Shown here piece by piece: positions 8,336 through 18,518 of a stretch of DNA of 35,737 nucleotides (its first letter is position 1; the number at the start of each line of letters is the position of its first letter). A program made the translations under genes and the position numbers. The stretch is from Syntrophaceae bacterium UBA2208 (GTDB lineage: Bacteria > Desulfobacterota > BSN033 > UBA1163). The stretch covers positions 1-35,737 of the forward strand of contig DCUS01000233.1 of NCBI GenBank assembly GCA_002327885.1. The letters run 5' to 3'. The notes under the pieces were generated by a model. It did no database searches and had not been told where the DNA came from. It was given only the letters and a program-made list of their open reading frames with translations.

Positions 8336-10168
8336 TTAATAGACTTCCTTCCCCTTGGATGTTGTCTGAGCCCCCATCCCATCATCTTTAAACTGAAGAT
8401 CATAAACCCGCCGATATTCCCCATTAAGGGCCATCAATTCGTCGTGGGTTCCTTCTTCCGCAATCCGGCCTTCCGAGAGGACGACAATTCGATGGGCATT
8501 TCGGATGGTCGAAAGTCGATGGGCGATGACAAAGACGGTTCTCCCTTTCATCACCTCTTCCAATGCCTTCTGGACTTCTGTTTCAGAATCGGAATCAAGG
8601 GAAGAGGTGGCTTCGTCCAAAATAAGAATGGGGGCGTTTTTTAAAAGGGCTCTGGCGATGGAGATGCGTTGGCGTTCTCCACCCGAAAGTTTAACGCCTT
8701 GTTCACCGATGATCGTATGGTACCCTTGAGGCAGTCTTTGAATGAAATCATGGGCGTTGGCCGCCTTCGCGGCTTCAATAATTTCTTGATCCGTAGATTT
8801 TAGGTTTCCATACGCTATATTATTTCGAACCGTATCATTGAAGAGGATCGTCTGCTGCGTGACCAAACCGATCTGATCCCTGAGAGATTTAAGAGTGACT
8901 GTTCGAATGTCATAACCGTCGATGAGGACTTGACCTTTCTCGACATCGTAAAAGCGGGGGAGCAGGTTCACCAGAGAGGTCTTGCCCCCTCCGCTCATCC
9001 CCACCAGGGCAATGACTTCGCCTACCTTCACATCCAGGGAGATATCATGGAGCACGATCTCCTCATCGTATTTAAAGGTGACGTTTTGAAAGCGAATTTC
9101 CTTGGAGATGGGCGGGAGAAGGATGGCTCCCTCTTCATCCTTGATCTCTGAGGTTGTATCGAGGAGTTCAAACACCCGCGTTGCCGCTGCCAGACCTTCC
9201 TGAATCTGAAGATTGACCTTGTTTAAATCACGAATGGGAGCATAAAGCATCAGAATGGCTGTCATGAATGAGAAAAAGGTCCCTGGAGTTAATTCCCCTC
9301 GAATTACACTATAACCGCCTACCCAAATGATTACCGCCACGCCGATTCCTCCCAATAATTCCATTAAGGGGTGGGACAGGGCCCGGATCCTGATCTGTTT
9401 GAGGGCAATTTTGAATAGCCGATGGATTTCTCCAGCAAAGCGTCTTTTCTCATAATCCTCCATGTTGAAAGCCTTGACAATGCGGTTACCCGTGATGGTT
9501 TCATGAAGGAAAGTCGTGATGGAACCCATTTGCTGTTGACCTTTTCGGCTAAATTTCCGAAGCCTTTTCCCAAACTCGACAATCGGGAAGATGGCCAGAG
9601 GGAAGATGATAAAGGCAATGATCGCTAATTTCCAATCGCGGTAGAAAACGACCCCGGTCAATGCAAAGATGGTAAAAGCATCTTTGATGAGGCCCGTGAT
9701 GGTATTGGAGACGGAGGATTGGATCAAGATCACGTCATAGGTGATTCGTGAAATGAGAATGCCCGTAGGGGTTCTCGTAAAGAAAGAGAGGGAAAGGTTC
9801 TGGAGATGGTTGTAAAGTTTCTCTCTCATATCATTGATTATTTTCAGACCTACAAAGTTCATCAGATAAGCCTGCCCGTAATCGAAGGTTCCTCTAATTA
9901 AGAAAAGGAGGATAATGGCGACGGGGAGTAAAAGAAGCATCTCCATATCTTTCTTAAGCAGCAGATCTCCGAGATGAAGTTGGATAATGATATTCTTAAT
10001 GAAGGGTGGCACCCCCTCTCTCTTGAGAAAAACGCCATCGAAGGCAGGTTTAACAAGAAAGGCTTGGCCGGCGGTCAAAAGGGAGTAAAAGATCATACAG
10101 ATCATGGCCAAACCCAACTTGACCCAATAGGGCTTGACCATAACAAGTAGTCTGCGATAGAGAGACAT
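8336..10168 (-). CDS. msbA: Lipid A flippase, ABC transporter (ORF track extension to 10237 reads through repeat DNA)
   Basis: N-terminal transmembrane domain; Walker A GMSGGGKT, signature LSGGERQR, ILILDEATSSLD, IAHRLST; lipid A operon context. Confidence 0.92.
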   Translation of the reverse strand: MSLYRRLLVMVKPYWVKLGLAMICMIFYSLLTAGQAFLVKPAFDGVFLKREGVPPFIKNIIIQLHLGDLLLKKDMEMLLLLPVAIILLFLIRGTFDYGQAYLMNFVGLKIINDMREKLYNHLQNLSLSFFTRTPTGILISRITYDVILIQSSVSNTITGLIKDAFTIFALTGVVFYRDWKLAIIAFIIFPLAIFPIVEFGKRLRKFSRKGQQQMGSITTFLHETITGNRIVKAFNMEDYEKRRFAGEIHRLFKIALKQIRIRALSHPLMELLGGIGVAVIIWVGGYSVIRGELTPGTFFSFMTAILMLYAPIRDLNKVNLQIQEGLAAATRVFELLDTTSEIKDEEGAILLPPISKEIRFQNVTFKYDEEIVLHDISLDVKVGEVIALVGMSGGGKTSLVNLLPRFYDVEKGQVLIDGYDIRTVTLKSLRDQIGLVTQQTILFNDTVRNNIAYGNLKSTDQEIIEAAKAANAHDFIQRLPQGYHTIIGEQGVKLSGGERQRISIARALLKNAPILILDEATSSLDSDSETEVQKALEEVMKGRTVFVIAHRLSTIRNAHRIVVLSEGRIAEEGTHDELMALNGEYRRVYDLQFKDDGMGAQTTSKGKEVY

Positions 10169-10176
10169 ATTCAATC

Positions 10177-10250
10177 CCATTGCAAAGTGTAAAATGAAAA
10201 ATGCAAAATGGAACCCTTTGAATTTTCCAATAGGCACTTTTCAATTTACA
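10177..10250. repeat. Period-7 inverted tandem array (lpxB/msbA junction)
   Basis: ccattgc aaagtgt aaaatga aaaatgc aaaatgg ... aattttc caatagg cactttt caattta ca. Confidence 0.75.
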
Positions 10251-11407
10251 TGGAGGGGACGCTCCTCCGATTGATAGAGTAACGATAAGACAATACGGGC
10301 AGCCCGTTGAGCGGCTCCCGGTTCCCCAAGTTTTTGACACATCTCATTCATGGCGTCGGTCATTTTCCGACTCCGCGTGGGATCCCTTAAGATCAGAATG
10401 GCCTCCTCAGCAATCCTTTGAGGATGGACATCCTGCTGGATCAATTCGGGGGCGATTTCTTTTCCAGCTAACAGATTAACCAGGCCAATGTGGTCCACTT
10501 GAATCAATGCCCTGCCAATCCAGTAAGAGAGAAAGGAGACTCTATAAATGATGATCATGGGTTTTCTTAGGATGGCTCCCTCCAATGTCGCCGTTCCGGA
10601 GGCGGTGATGAGAAGGTCAGAAAGGTTCATCACATCGTAGTTGAAACCCTCCACCACTTTTACAGGGATAGAAATATTTTCTAAATAGGGGGTTAAGATT
10701 GTTTTGGGAAGGCTTGGAGCGAATGGGAGGATGAACTGAAGATCTGGAATCTCTTGTTGGAGGAGATGGGCGGAGGCCAGAAGAGGAGGGAGAAGCCTCT
10801 CGACCTCATGGATTCGGCTTCCAGGGAGAAGCCCCACGGTTCTTCGTTTGGGATCCAGTCCGAATTTTCGGAAAGCGACTTCTTTGGAGAGAGTGGGTTT
10901 CACGATGTCGATCAGGGGATGGCCTACCCACTCGACATCCACTCCGGCTGCCTCATAGAGAGGAACCTCAAAAGGAAAGAGGACGAGCATTTTTTTTACC
11001 CATCGAGCGATCCGCCGAATCCTTTTAGGCCTCCAGGCCCATACCTGAGGGCTGATATAGTAGAGAATCGGAATTCCCCTTCGATGGGCGATCTTGGCCA
11101 GCCGAAAATTGAAATCAGGAAAATCAATTAAAATAACAAGGTCCGGTCTCTCCTGCTCAATGGATTTTTTTAATCCCCGGAGGGCTTTTAAAATAGGTCG
11201 AAGTTTGGTGAAGACTTCTGTCACCCCCACCACAGAAAGGGAGTGAGCAGAATAGAGGAGCTTCATCCCGCTTCTTTTCAAGCCCTCCCCCCCCACACCC
11301 AAAAAATGAACCTCCGGATCCATGCCTTGGATGGCTTCCACGAGATGGGATCCATGGAGGTCTCCCGAAACTTCTCCGGCGACCAACAGGATCTTCTTTG
11401 ATTTCAT
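10241..11407 (-). CDS. lpxB: Lipid A disaccharide synthase (ORF track start 11452; ATG at 11407 more likely)
   Basis: AGEVSGDLHG, IDFPDFN, YISPQVWAWR, VGHPL, LLPGSR, ASGTATLE. Confidence 0.96.
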   Translation of the reverse strand: MKSKKILLVAGEVSGDLHGSHLVEAIQGMDPEVHFLGVGGEGLKRSGMKLLYSAHSLSVVGVTEVFTKLRPILKALRGLKKSIEQERPDLVILIDFPDFNFRLAKIAHRRGIPILYYISPQVWAWRPKRIRRIARWVKKMLVLFPFEVPLYEAAGVDVEWVGHPLIDIVKPTLSKEVAFRKFGLDPKRRTVGLLPGSRIHEVERLLPPLLASAHLLQQEIPDLQFILPFAPSLPKTILTPYLENISIPVKVVEGFNYDVMNLSDLLITASGTATLEGAILRKPMIIIYRVSFLSYWIGRALIQVDHIGLVNLLAGKEIAPELIQQDVHPQRIAEEAILILRDPTRSRKMTDAMNEMCQKLGEPGAAQRAARIVLSLLYQSEERPLHVN

Positions 11408-11423
11408 CAGACCAGTCGCCCCA

Positions 11424-12377
11424 TTATTTCTTTTTCGTATTGAGGTCATCAATTTTCTGGATGATCTGGAGAGCCACTTCTAATACCCGTTTTCCATCCC
11501 GTCCAGAAACCCGAGCCTCTTTTCGATCCCTGACACTCTGGAGAAAAGAGCGGATCTCATTTTCCAGAAGATCGATTTTCTTGACCGGGATCTCTTCCGT
11601 GACCATTTCCGGAATCTTTTCCTTTCCGGGAAAGCCTCCCTTTTTAGAAAAGGAGAGTTTTTGAGAAAGGTAGTCGATGGAGAAGATTCCCTCCGGTTGG
11701 AAGATCCGAGTTTTCCGTATCTTCTCTTCAGAAATTCGGCTTACGGTTAAACTCGCTGTACATCCATTTTCGAATTCGATCCGGGCATTGGCAATATCCG
11801 GGTAGCAGGTGATGAATGGAATGCCGACGGCCTGAAGCCCTTTGATCTTTGAACCCACCAGGCTCAAAATGATATCGATATCGTGGACCATTAAATCCAA
11901 TACCACGTCGACCTCTGCTCCCCTTCCTGAGAAGGGGCCCAGACGATGGGATTCGATGAACCTTGGATTTGTTACCCTCCCGGTTAAGCCGGACAGAGCT
12001 CCATTGAATCGTTCAAGATGGCCTACCTGGAAAATGAGCCCCTTTGATTGGGCCAGTCCAATTAATTCATCAGCCTCCTCAAGAGTGTTCGAAATGGGTT
12101 TTTCCAAAAGGACATCAACCCCTCGCAAGAAGAAGTCTTTCGTCACGGGATAGTGAAAAGGAGTGGGGATAGCGACACTGACAGCCTGAACTTTATTGAA
12201 GAGGTCTGCGTGATGAAAGAAGGATTGGGTATGGGTTCGTTTCGCGATATCCCTGGCACGAGAGAGGTCAACGTCCACCACACCGACCAGCTCCACGCCA
12301 TCGATATGAGCATATTTTTCAGCATGGAATTGGCCAAAGTACCCGACACCGACGACACCGATCTTGATTTTGTTCAC
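11424..12377 (-). CDS. Gfo/Idh/MocA-family NAD-dependent oxidoreductase, probable UDP-GlcNAc 3-dehydrogenase (GnnA-like)
   Basis: Rossmann GVVGVGYFG, LLEKPI, QVGHLERFN, DVVLDLMVHDID; lies between lpxA and lpxB, the known gnnA position. Confidence 0.8.
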   Translation of the reverse strand: MNKIKIGVVGVGYFGQFHAEKYAHIDGVELVGVVDVDLSRARDIAKRTHTQSFFHHADLFNKVQAVSVAIPTPFHYPVTKDFFLRGVDVLLEKPISNTLEEADELIGLAQSKGLIFQVGHLERFNGALSGLTGRVTNPRFIESHRLGPFSGRGAEVDVVLDLMVHDIDIILSLVGSKIKGLQAVGIPFITCYPDIANARIEFENGCTASLTVSRISEEKIRKTRIFQPEGIFSIDYLSQKLSFSKKGGFPGKEKIPEMVTEEIPVKKIDLLENEIRSFLQSVRDRKEARVSGRDGKRVLEVALQIIQKIDDLNTKKK

Positions 12378-13151
12378 TTAACGAGTGATCCCCCTCTTGG
12401 ATTGTTGGATGAAATGGAGGAGGTGTTGGATCTCAGGGGTTTGATAGATTTCGTCCTCTCCGATCTGTTTGATGGCTTTTTCTAAAGTCAGGCTGGAGCG
12501 GAAAATGATGCGGTAGGCTTTTTTCAAGGCCCGGATGGTTTTTTCCGAAAAGTTCAAACGTTTCAGACCCACCGTGTTCAACCCATAAAGTTTTGCCCTG
12601 CTTCCAGCGGCCGTCACATATGGGATGATATCCTGAGACACGCCGGTTAAACCACTGATAATAGCGTGGGCGCCAATCCGGCAGAATTGATGGACCGCCG
12701 CCAATCCACCGATGATGGCGTGATCTTCCACCGTAATATGTCCTCCCAGAGTGGCTCCATTGGCCAGGACCACCTGATTTCCGATATGACAGTCATGCGC
12801 CACGTGAGAGTAGGCCATGAAGAAATTGTCATTTCCGATGACGGTTTTTCCCCCTCCCTTGATCGTGCCTCGATGAAAAGTAACAAACTCCCGAATAATA
12901 TTGTGATTACCGATGAATAAGGAGGTCTTCTCTCCTCTATAAAAAAATGCCTGGGGAGCTTCCCCGATGGAGGCAAACTGAAAGATCTGGCATTGTTTTC
13001 CAATATGCGTTCCTTCTCGGATGACCACATGGGGGCCAATCCTTGTTCCCTCATCAATGAAAACATTTCTTTCAACCACAGAAAAAGGACCGATTTCCGC
13101 TCCTCCACTGATTTCGGCCTCCGGATCAACGAGCGCAGCGGGATGAATCAT
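12378..13151 (-). CDS. lpxA: Acyl-ACP:UDP-GlcNAc acyltransferase
   Basis: Hexapeptide repeats, [11 protein letters not shown], catalytic [23 protein letters not shown]. Confidence 0.96.
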   Translation of the reverse strand: MIHPAALVDPEAEISGGAEIGPFSVVERNVFIDEGTRIGPHVVIREGTHIGKQCQIFQFASIGEAPQAFFYRGEKTSLFIGNHNIIREFVTFHRGTIKGGGKTVIGNDNFFMAYSHVAHDCHIGNQVVLANGATLGGHITVEDHAIIGGLAAVHQFCRIGAHAIISGLTGVSQDIIPYVTAAGSRAKLYGLNTVGLKRLNFSEKTIRALKKAYRIIFRSSLTLEKAIKQIGEDEIYQTPEIQHLLHFIQQSKRGITR

Positions 13152-13585
13152 GTTTCATCTCCTAACATAGCTAAGAGTTCGGCTTCGGCTACTATTTTCC
13201 CTTCGACCAGGGCCCTCCCTTTAAACCCCCAGATCGATTGGCGATGTTTGGTGATCTCGATTTCAAGGCGAAGTTGGTCTCCTGGTACAACGGGTTTTCT
13301 GAAACGAACACCGTCGATTCCCAAAAAGTAAACCGGCTTTTTCTGATCCTGGTCGGGCAACGATTTGAAAGCAAGCACTCCAGCCGTCTGAGCCAATGCC
13401 TCCACGATCAGGACCCCCGGCATGATGGGATGACTTGGAAAATGGCCAGGGAAGAAGGGTTCGTTATAAGTCACATTCTTTATCCCGACAATTCGTTTTC
13501 CTGTTTCCATCTCAATAATTCGGTCCACGAGCAGGAAAGGGTAGGCGTGAGGAAGGATCTTCATGATCTCTTTAATCTCAATCAT
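13148..13585 (-). CDS. fabZ: 3-hydroxyacyl-ACP dehydratase
   Basis: [47 protein letters not shown]. Confidence 0.97.
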   Translation of the reverse strand: MIEIKEIMKILPHAYPFLLVDRIIEMETGKRIVGIKNVTYNEPFFPGHFPSHPIMPGVLIVEALAQTAGVLAFKSLPDQDQKKPVYFLGIDGVRFRKPVVPGDQLRLEIEITKHRQSIWGFKGRALVEGKIVAEAELLAMLGDET

Positions 13586-14656
13586 CTACTTCTCCTTTTC
13601 ACTCGAAGAGAGGGTCTCCTCGATCTTTTTTAGGCGTTTCTCAATTTCGATGAGAGTTCTTCTCATCTCCGGCAGTTTCGGGAAGACGGTGACCGATCGA
13701 AGCCATTCACGATGAGGGATGGCGGGGGATCCAGTGAATACCTGATTGGCAGGGAGATCATGGCCCACTCCGGACTGAGCGCCCACCATCACGTTATCCC
13801 CAATTTCGATGTGGCCGACCATTCCCACCTGTCCGGCGAGTGTGACATTGCTTCCGATCTTTGTTGAACCTGAGATCCCGACCTGAGCGACAATGATGGA
13901 ATCTTCGCCGATGATGACATTATGAGCCACCTGAGCGAGGTTGTCGATTTTCACTCCTCTTCGGATGATCGTTTTACCCAAAGTGGCTCGGTCAATGGTG
14001 GTATTGGAACCAATTTCGACATCGTCTTCAATTTCCACCCCTCCTACTTGTGGAATTTTCACGTTTTTCTTTCCTTCTTTGACATATCCGAATCCATCAC
14101 TCCCAACCACCACGCCACTGTGAAGGATGACCCGCTTTCCGATGGTTGTCCCTGAATAGACGGAGACATTTGGGTAGAGGATCGAATCCTCTCCGACGGA
14201 GGAACCATCGCCGATACAGACCCCGGGATAGAGGGTGACCCGATCCCCGATGGAGCAGTGGTCACCAATATAGACGAAAGGATAGAGGGTCAGGTCTTTC
14301 CCTAAGCTCGCCGTGGGACTGATCCAGGCATTGGAATCGATCCCTTTGGGTTGATAAGGTTTTTGTGAAAAGAAGGCGAGGATTTTGGCGAAGGCCAAAT
14401 AGGGATGGGATACGCTCAGAAGGGGCTTTTCCCCTCGAGTCACCGCTTTGGAGACGATGACTGCGGAAGCACGAGTTTCATTGAGTTTCGGGAGGTATTT
14501 CGGATTGGCGATGAAGGTGATCTCTCCGGCCTGAGCCTCATCAATGGCCGACACTCCGGAGATTTCTACCTCTCCATCTCCAATTACTGTTCCATCTACC
14601 CACTGGGCTAATTCCTTAAGTTTCTTTTTCATCCTCTTTTCATTAAAATAGGTCAT
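13586..14656 (-). CDS. lpxD: UDP-3-O-acylglucosamine N-acyltransferase (alternative start 14632)
   Basis: GSDGFGY, KIPQVGGV, IDRAT, KIDNLAQVAHN, hexapeptide repeats. Confidence 0.96.
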   Translation of the reverse strand: MTYFNEKRMKKKLKELAQWVDGTVIGDGEVEISGVSAIDEAQAGEITFIANPKYLPKLNETRASAVIVSKAVTRGEKPLLSVSHPYLAFAKILAFFSQKPYQPKGIDSNAWISPTASLGKDLTLYPFVYIGDHCSIGDRVTLYPGVCIGDGSSVGEDSILYPNVSVYSGTTIGKRVILHSGVVVGSDGFGYVKEGKKNVKIPQVGGVEIEDDVEIGSNTTIDRATLGKTIIRRGVKIDNLAQVAHNVIIGEDSIIVAQVGISGSTKIGSNVTLAGQVGMVGHIEIGDNVMVGAQSGVGHDLPANQVFTGSPAIPHREWLRSVTVFPKLPEMRRTLIEIEKRLKKIEETLSSSEKEK

Positions 14657-14708
14657 GCTTCATATCGAAATCCTGATTCGGAAGAGATAAGGCATCATCC
14701 TTTGTACA

Positions 14709-14778
14709 GCGGTGTTGCAGTGCTGCGGTTTTGGATTTAACGGCAACACGGCAAAACAGCATCACAGCAGCACAATCA
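14709..14778. repeat. Period-8 inverted tandem array (skp/lpxD spacer)
   Basis: gcggtgtt gcagtgct gcggtttt, then aacggcaa cacggcaa aacagcat cacagcag cacaatca. Confidence 0.8.
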
Positions 14779-14846
14779 TAAGCCATTTACGACATACCCC
14801 TCACGCTCTAACGGAATTCAAGATTTCGTGATTCGTATTTCAGTTT

Positions 14847-15368
14847 TTATTTTTTCTGGGCGTCATACGCTTTGATCACCCGGTCGGTGATATCAATCGT
14901 TTTGGATGCAAAGAGGACAATGGTTTCATTTTTTTCTAAGATGAAGGTGTAGCCTTCGTCCGCGCCCACTTTTTGAATCACCTTTTGGAGACCTATGGCG
15001 ATCGTCCGTTCCATCTCCATGGTCTTCTGTTGGATCTCTTTTTGGTTATCATCCACCCACCTCTGGTAATCCCGGAGTTTACCCTGAAATTCCTTTTCCT
15101 TATTGGCCCTGGCGTCCGGGGTCAGCATGCTTAACTGCTTTTCCAGGGTCTCCTTCATGGTTTGAAGTTCTTTTTGTTTCTCTCCGTTGAGACGTTGAAT
15201 TTTTTCCATATCCTTGGTAATCAGTTTCTTCGCCTCTTTGCCGGCAGTACATTCATTAATCGCCCTCTGAATATCGACGTAAGCGATCTTTAAATCTGCA
15301 GCCAGAGCAGATCCGAAAAATCCAAACAGGACAATCCCAATAACCGCCATCATCCTTTTTCCAACCAT
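14847..15368 (-). CDS. skp: Periplasmic chaperone Skp/OmpH
   Basis: Signal peptide, KIAYVD, long coiled coil, DITDRVI; between bamA and lpxD. Confidence 0.92.
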   Translation of the reverse strand: MVGKRMMAVIGIVLFGFFGSALAADLKIAYVDIQRAINECTAGKEAKKLITKDMEKIQRLNGEKQKELQTMKETLEKQLSMLTPDARANKEKEFQGKLRDYQRWVDDNQKEIQQKTMEMERTIAIGLQKVIQKVGADEGYTFILEKNETIVLFASKTIDITDRVIKAYDAQKK

Positions 15369-15408
15369 CTCTACTTCTCCTCTCTCTGAAAAGTATCAAC
15401 TCTATTGA

Positions 15409-17715
15409 TTAATAAACGGTTCCTGCCGTGAATTCGATCACATTTCCTTTCTCTCCTTTCTTCGGATTAAGGTTAAACCCGATATCGACATGAATGGGAC
15501 CGAATGGAGAGAACCAACGAATTCCAGGCCCTGCCCCGAATTTCAAAGGGAAAAGTCCTTTGCCCGGCCTGGACACGACTCTATCGGTATTTTGGTCTAA
15601 AACATAATGGCTTTTGTCTCTCAACTTGTCAAACCCCTTCCCGACGTCGAAGAACAGAGCTCCTCTCAAACCGATCTCACGGGACAATGGGAAGATCCAT
15701 TCAGCATTGAAAACCACCATCTTTTTAGCGCCGGAAGGCTCATTTTTTTCATCAATGGGGCCCGCCCTTCCGTATTCAAACCCCCGGACGGTTTGGATGC
15801 CACCCACAAAAAATTTTTCATAGATGGGGAGTTCTTTCCCACCATAAGGAGCGATCATTCCTGCCTTGGCGCGAAGGTTGAGGGTCGTATTTAAGGGGAG
15901 CGGGAAAAACCAGCTGGTCTCTCCGGTCACTTTGACGAAATAGTTGTCCCCTCCTAAAATACCTCCGGCGTTTTGGACTAAAAGGCTGTGCTTACTTCCT
16001 CTCCTGGGATTGAAATAATCGTCACGGGTATCTATCGAGGGGGATATAGAAATGGCACTGGTCGTCTTCCTCCCTTTCTGCTCTTTGATATAGGTAGAAG
16101 CTGCTCTTTCGACGTCATAAACATTGATGTTCTCCAGTTTATACATCAAATCGATACGAAGCTTATCCGTCAATTCCTTTCCAAATTTGAGATCTCCTCC
16201 CGTGATTTTATAAGAATAAGTGTCAAAAACCTCCACATCTTCGTGATAGAGATCAATGCCCGCTGATAAGGGATATCCTAAGAAGTAAGGATCCGTAAGG
16301 CTCAATCTAAAATTTTGGGTTTCCGTTCCCAAGCTGAACTTCAAAACACCCTGATATCCATAACCAAAAAGGTTTCGATCAGAGATGGAGGCAGAGCCCA
16401 CCGCGCCTTCCAAAGAACTATAACCGATTCCAAAGCTGATGGCCCCTGTCGGAGCTTCCTCGACTTTGATATCAAGATTAATTTTTTCTTCGGTGCTTCC
16501 ACGGCTGGTCGTGAAATCCGCTTCTTTGAAGAATCCTGTCCTTTTCAGTCGGTCGCGACTTTTATTCATATCGGCCGCGCTATAAAGTTCCCCCTCAGCG
16601 ACCCGGAGCTCCCTCCGGATCACCTTGTCCCGGGTTTTCGAATTGCCGACCACATGGATCTTTTCAAAAGAGACCTGTTTCTTTTTTTCAATCTCATAGG
16701 TGATGTGGACTAAAAGAGTTTTATGATCCACAATGGTTTCCGGGTTGACCTCCACATAGGCATAGCCGTGATTGGCAAACTTTTCGGTAAGGAGATTGAC
16801 ATCCCTTCGAATGGCCGTGGTACTATAGAAATCGTTCCGCTTCATTTTGAGCCCTTTGAAGAGGTCCTCCTTGGTGGTGAGAAGATCACCTTTGAAGTCA
16901 ATATCCCCCACATGGTATCGGGATCCTTCCACAATCTCGATCTCGATCCTAATTTTTTTGGGGTTGGAGAAATCGATCCGCGGTTCAGAGATCTTCGCTT
17001 CGATAAAACCCTGATCAATATAATAGGCGTTCAGTAGTTGAAGATCGTTTTTAAAAATATCCTCATCTAACGTTCCGGTTTTGGTGATAATGGACAATAT
17101 ATTCCTCTTTTTCGTCGTCATCACTTTCTTCAAATCGGAGGATTTGATATTTTTATTGCCTTTGAATACTATTTTTCGGATATGCCCCTTGGGTCCTTCG
17201 GAGATCGCAAAAGTGATGACCGCCTCATTGGTTTCCAAATAGTTGACCTTGTGTTCCACTTTGACCCCATAATAACCTCTTGAAAAATAAAGCTTACGGA
17301 TCTGTTCGGAATTTTCCTTCACCTTCTCGAGGTTGAAGATAGAACGAGGCACAAGGGTCATCTTCTCTTTTATATCTTCCAGCTTTACCTTTTCATTTCC
17401 GGTAATTAAGATTTCTTTGATAGAGGGTTTTTCCACCACAATGAAGATCACTTCTTTGCCCTGCGGGGTTGATTTGATATCGACTTGTACATCGGTGAAG
17501 TAGCCTAAGTCGAAGATGGATCGTAAATCCTCCCGGACCCGTTGAACAGAAAAGGGTTCCCCTTCCTGGCTCTTGATCGTTCCTCGAATGACCCCTTCTT
17601 CGGTCTTCACATTTCCAAGTATCACGATTTTCTGGATGTCTTCTTCAGCACCATTGCAAATCCCCATCAGGAATGAAATGATGAAGAGGATAAGTACTAT
17701 TTGTCTCGTAATCAT
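15409..17715 (-). CDS. bamA: Outer membrane protein assembly factor BamA (ORF track start 17766; ATG at 17715 has an AAGGA RBS)
   Basis: POTRA repeats (GN..T.D.VIRREL), VRGF motif, WFSPFGP, aromatic C-terminal residue. Confidence 0.96.
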   Translation of the reverse strand: MITRQIVLILFIISFLMGICNGAEEDIQKIVILGNVKTEEGVIRGTIKSQEGEPFSVQRVREDLRSIFDLGYFTDVQVDIKSTPQGKEVIFIVVEKPSIKEILITGNEKVKLEDIKEKMTLVPRSIFNLEKVKENSEQIRKLYFSRGYYGVKVEHKVNYLETNEAVITFAISEGPKGHIRKIVFKGNKNIKSSDLKKVMTTKKRNILSIITKTGTLDEDIFKNDLQLLNAYYIDQGFIEAKISEPRIDFSNPKKIRIEIEIVEGSRYHVGDIDFKGDLLTTKEDLFKGLKMKRNDFYSTTAIRRDVNLLTEKFANHGYAYVEVNPETIVDHKTLLVHITYEIEKKKQVSFEKIHVVGNSKTRDKVIRRELRVAEGELYSAADMNKSRDRLKRTGFFKEADFTTSRGSTEEKINLDIKVEEAPTGAISFGIGYSSLEGAVGSASISDRNLFGYGYQGVLKFSLGTETQNFRLSLTDPYFLGYPLSAGIDLYHEDVEVFDTYSYKITGGDLKFGKELTDKLRIDLMYKLENINVYDVERAASTYIKEQKGRKTTSAISISPSIDTRDDYFNPRRGSKHSLLVQNAGGILGGDNYFVKVTGETSWFFPLPLNTTLNLRAKAGMIAPYGGKELPIYEKFFVGGIQTVRGFEYGRAGPIDEKNEPSGAKKMVVFNAEWIFPLSREIGLRGALFFDVGKGFDKLRDKSHYVLDQNTDRVVSRPGKGLFPLKFGAGPGIRWFSPFGPIHVDIGFNLNPKKGEKGNVIEFTAGTVY

Positions 17716-17819
17716 ATATAGGTTCCTTCCCATTCTTTTGAATCTGAAACGAAACCCGCATTCCAATTTATCATTGAGAGGGGAGAAGATGAGGGAATTT
17801 TCATTTTCATATCAAATCC

Positions 17820-18518
17820 TTACCCTTTTGTAAAGTGGGCTTTTTCTATCACTGCTTTGCCATCGATGAGTTGGATCTGCCGGGCCATGTTCTGAGCCAA
17901 TCTTAGATTGTGCGTCACGATAATGAGGGTGACCCCTTTGATGTCGTTCAGTTCTTGAAGGAGATCAAAAACCGAGTCGCCTGTTTTGGCATCCAAGTTC
18001 CCAGTCGGTTCATCGGCCAGCAGGACCTTTGGTTCCAACACTAAAGCCCTTGCCACGGCCACGCGCTGTTGCTCGCCACCGGAAAGCTCCCCTGGTTTAT
18101 GAGAAAGACGTTCTTTGAGACCCACCAAGGTAAGAATCGCCTCTGCCCGGAAAGCGGCCTCCTTTTTCGGGAGGCCTTGGATCAGACAAGGCATCATCGT
18201 ATTTTCCAGGGCATTAAACTCAGGAAGCAAATGATGGAATTGGAAGACAAATCCGATCTCACGATTTCGAAAAAAGGCGAGATCCTTTTCATTCAGGGCA
18301 TAAATGTCTTTCCCTTCATAGAGAATCTTCCCTGCAGTCGGCCGATCGAGTGTCCCCAGGATATGGAGGAAGGTGGTTTTTCCAACGCCGGAGGCTCCAA
18401 CAATAGCTGCTTTCTCCCCGAGAGAAAAAGTGAGGTCCACCCCTTTGAGAACCTCCACACGTTTCATTCCATTTCCGTAAGACTTGAAAAGTTGCTGGAC
18501 CTGGATGAGCTCCTTCAA
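17820..18518 (-). CDS. lolD: Lipoprotein-releasing ABC transporter ATPase
   Basis: GASGVGKTT, GFVFQFHHLLPEF, LSGGEQQR, LADEPTGNLD; TTG start overlaps the upstream stop. Confidence 0.92.
   Translation of the reverse strand: MKELIQVQQLFKSYGNGMKRVEVLKGVDLTFSLGEKAAIVGASGVGKTTFLHILGTLDRPTAGKILYEGKDIYALNEKDLAFFRNREIGFVFQFHHLLPEFNALENTMMPCLIQGLPKKEAAFRAEAILTLVGLKERLSHKPGELSGGEQQRVAVARALVLEPKVLLADEPTGNLDAKTGDSVFDLLQELNDIKGVTLIIVTHNLRLAQNMARQIQLIDGKAVIEKAHFTKG

Noticed and set aside
10169-10237. N-terminal extension of MsbA (MPIGKFKGFHFAFFILHFA...)
   Set aside because: It is the period-7 array read in frame; ATG at 10168 gives a normal MsbA start
3376-14848. CRISPR array or simple microsatellite interpretation of the intergenic repeats
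   Set aside because: Units are 7-8 bp, adjacent, degenerate and without unique spacers; no cas genes; inverted arms are not expected from simple slippage
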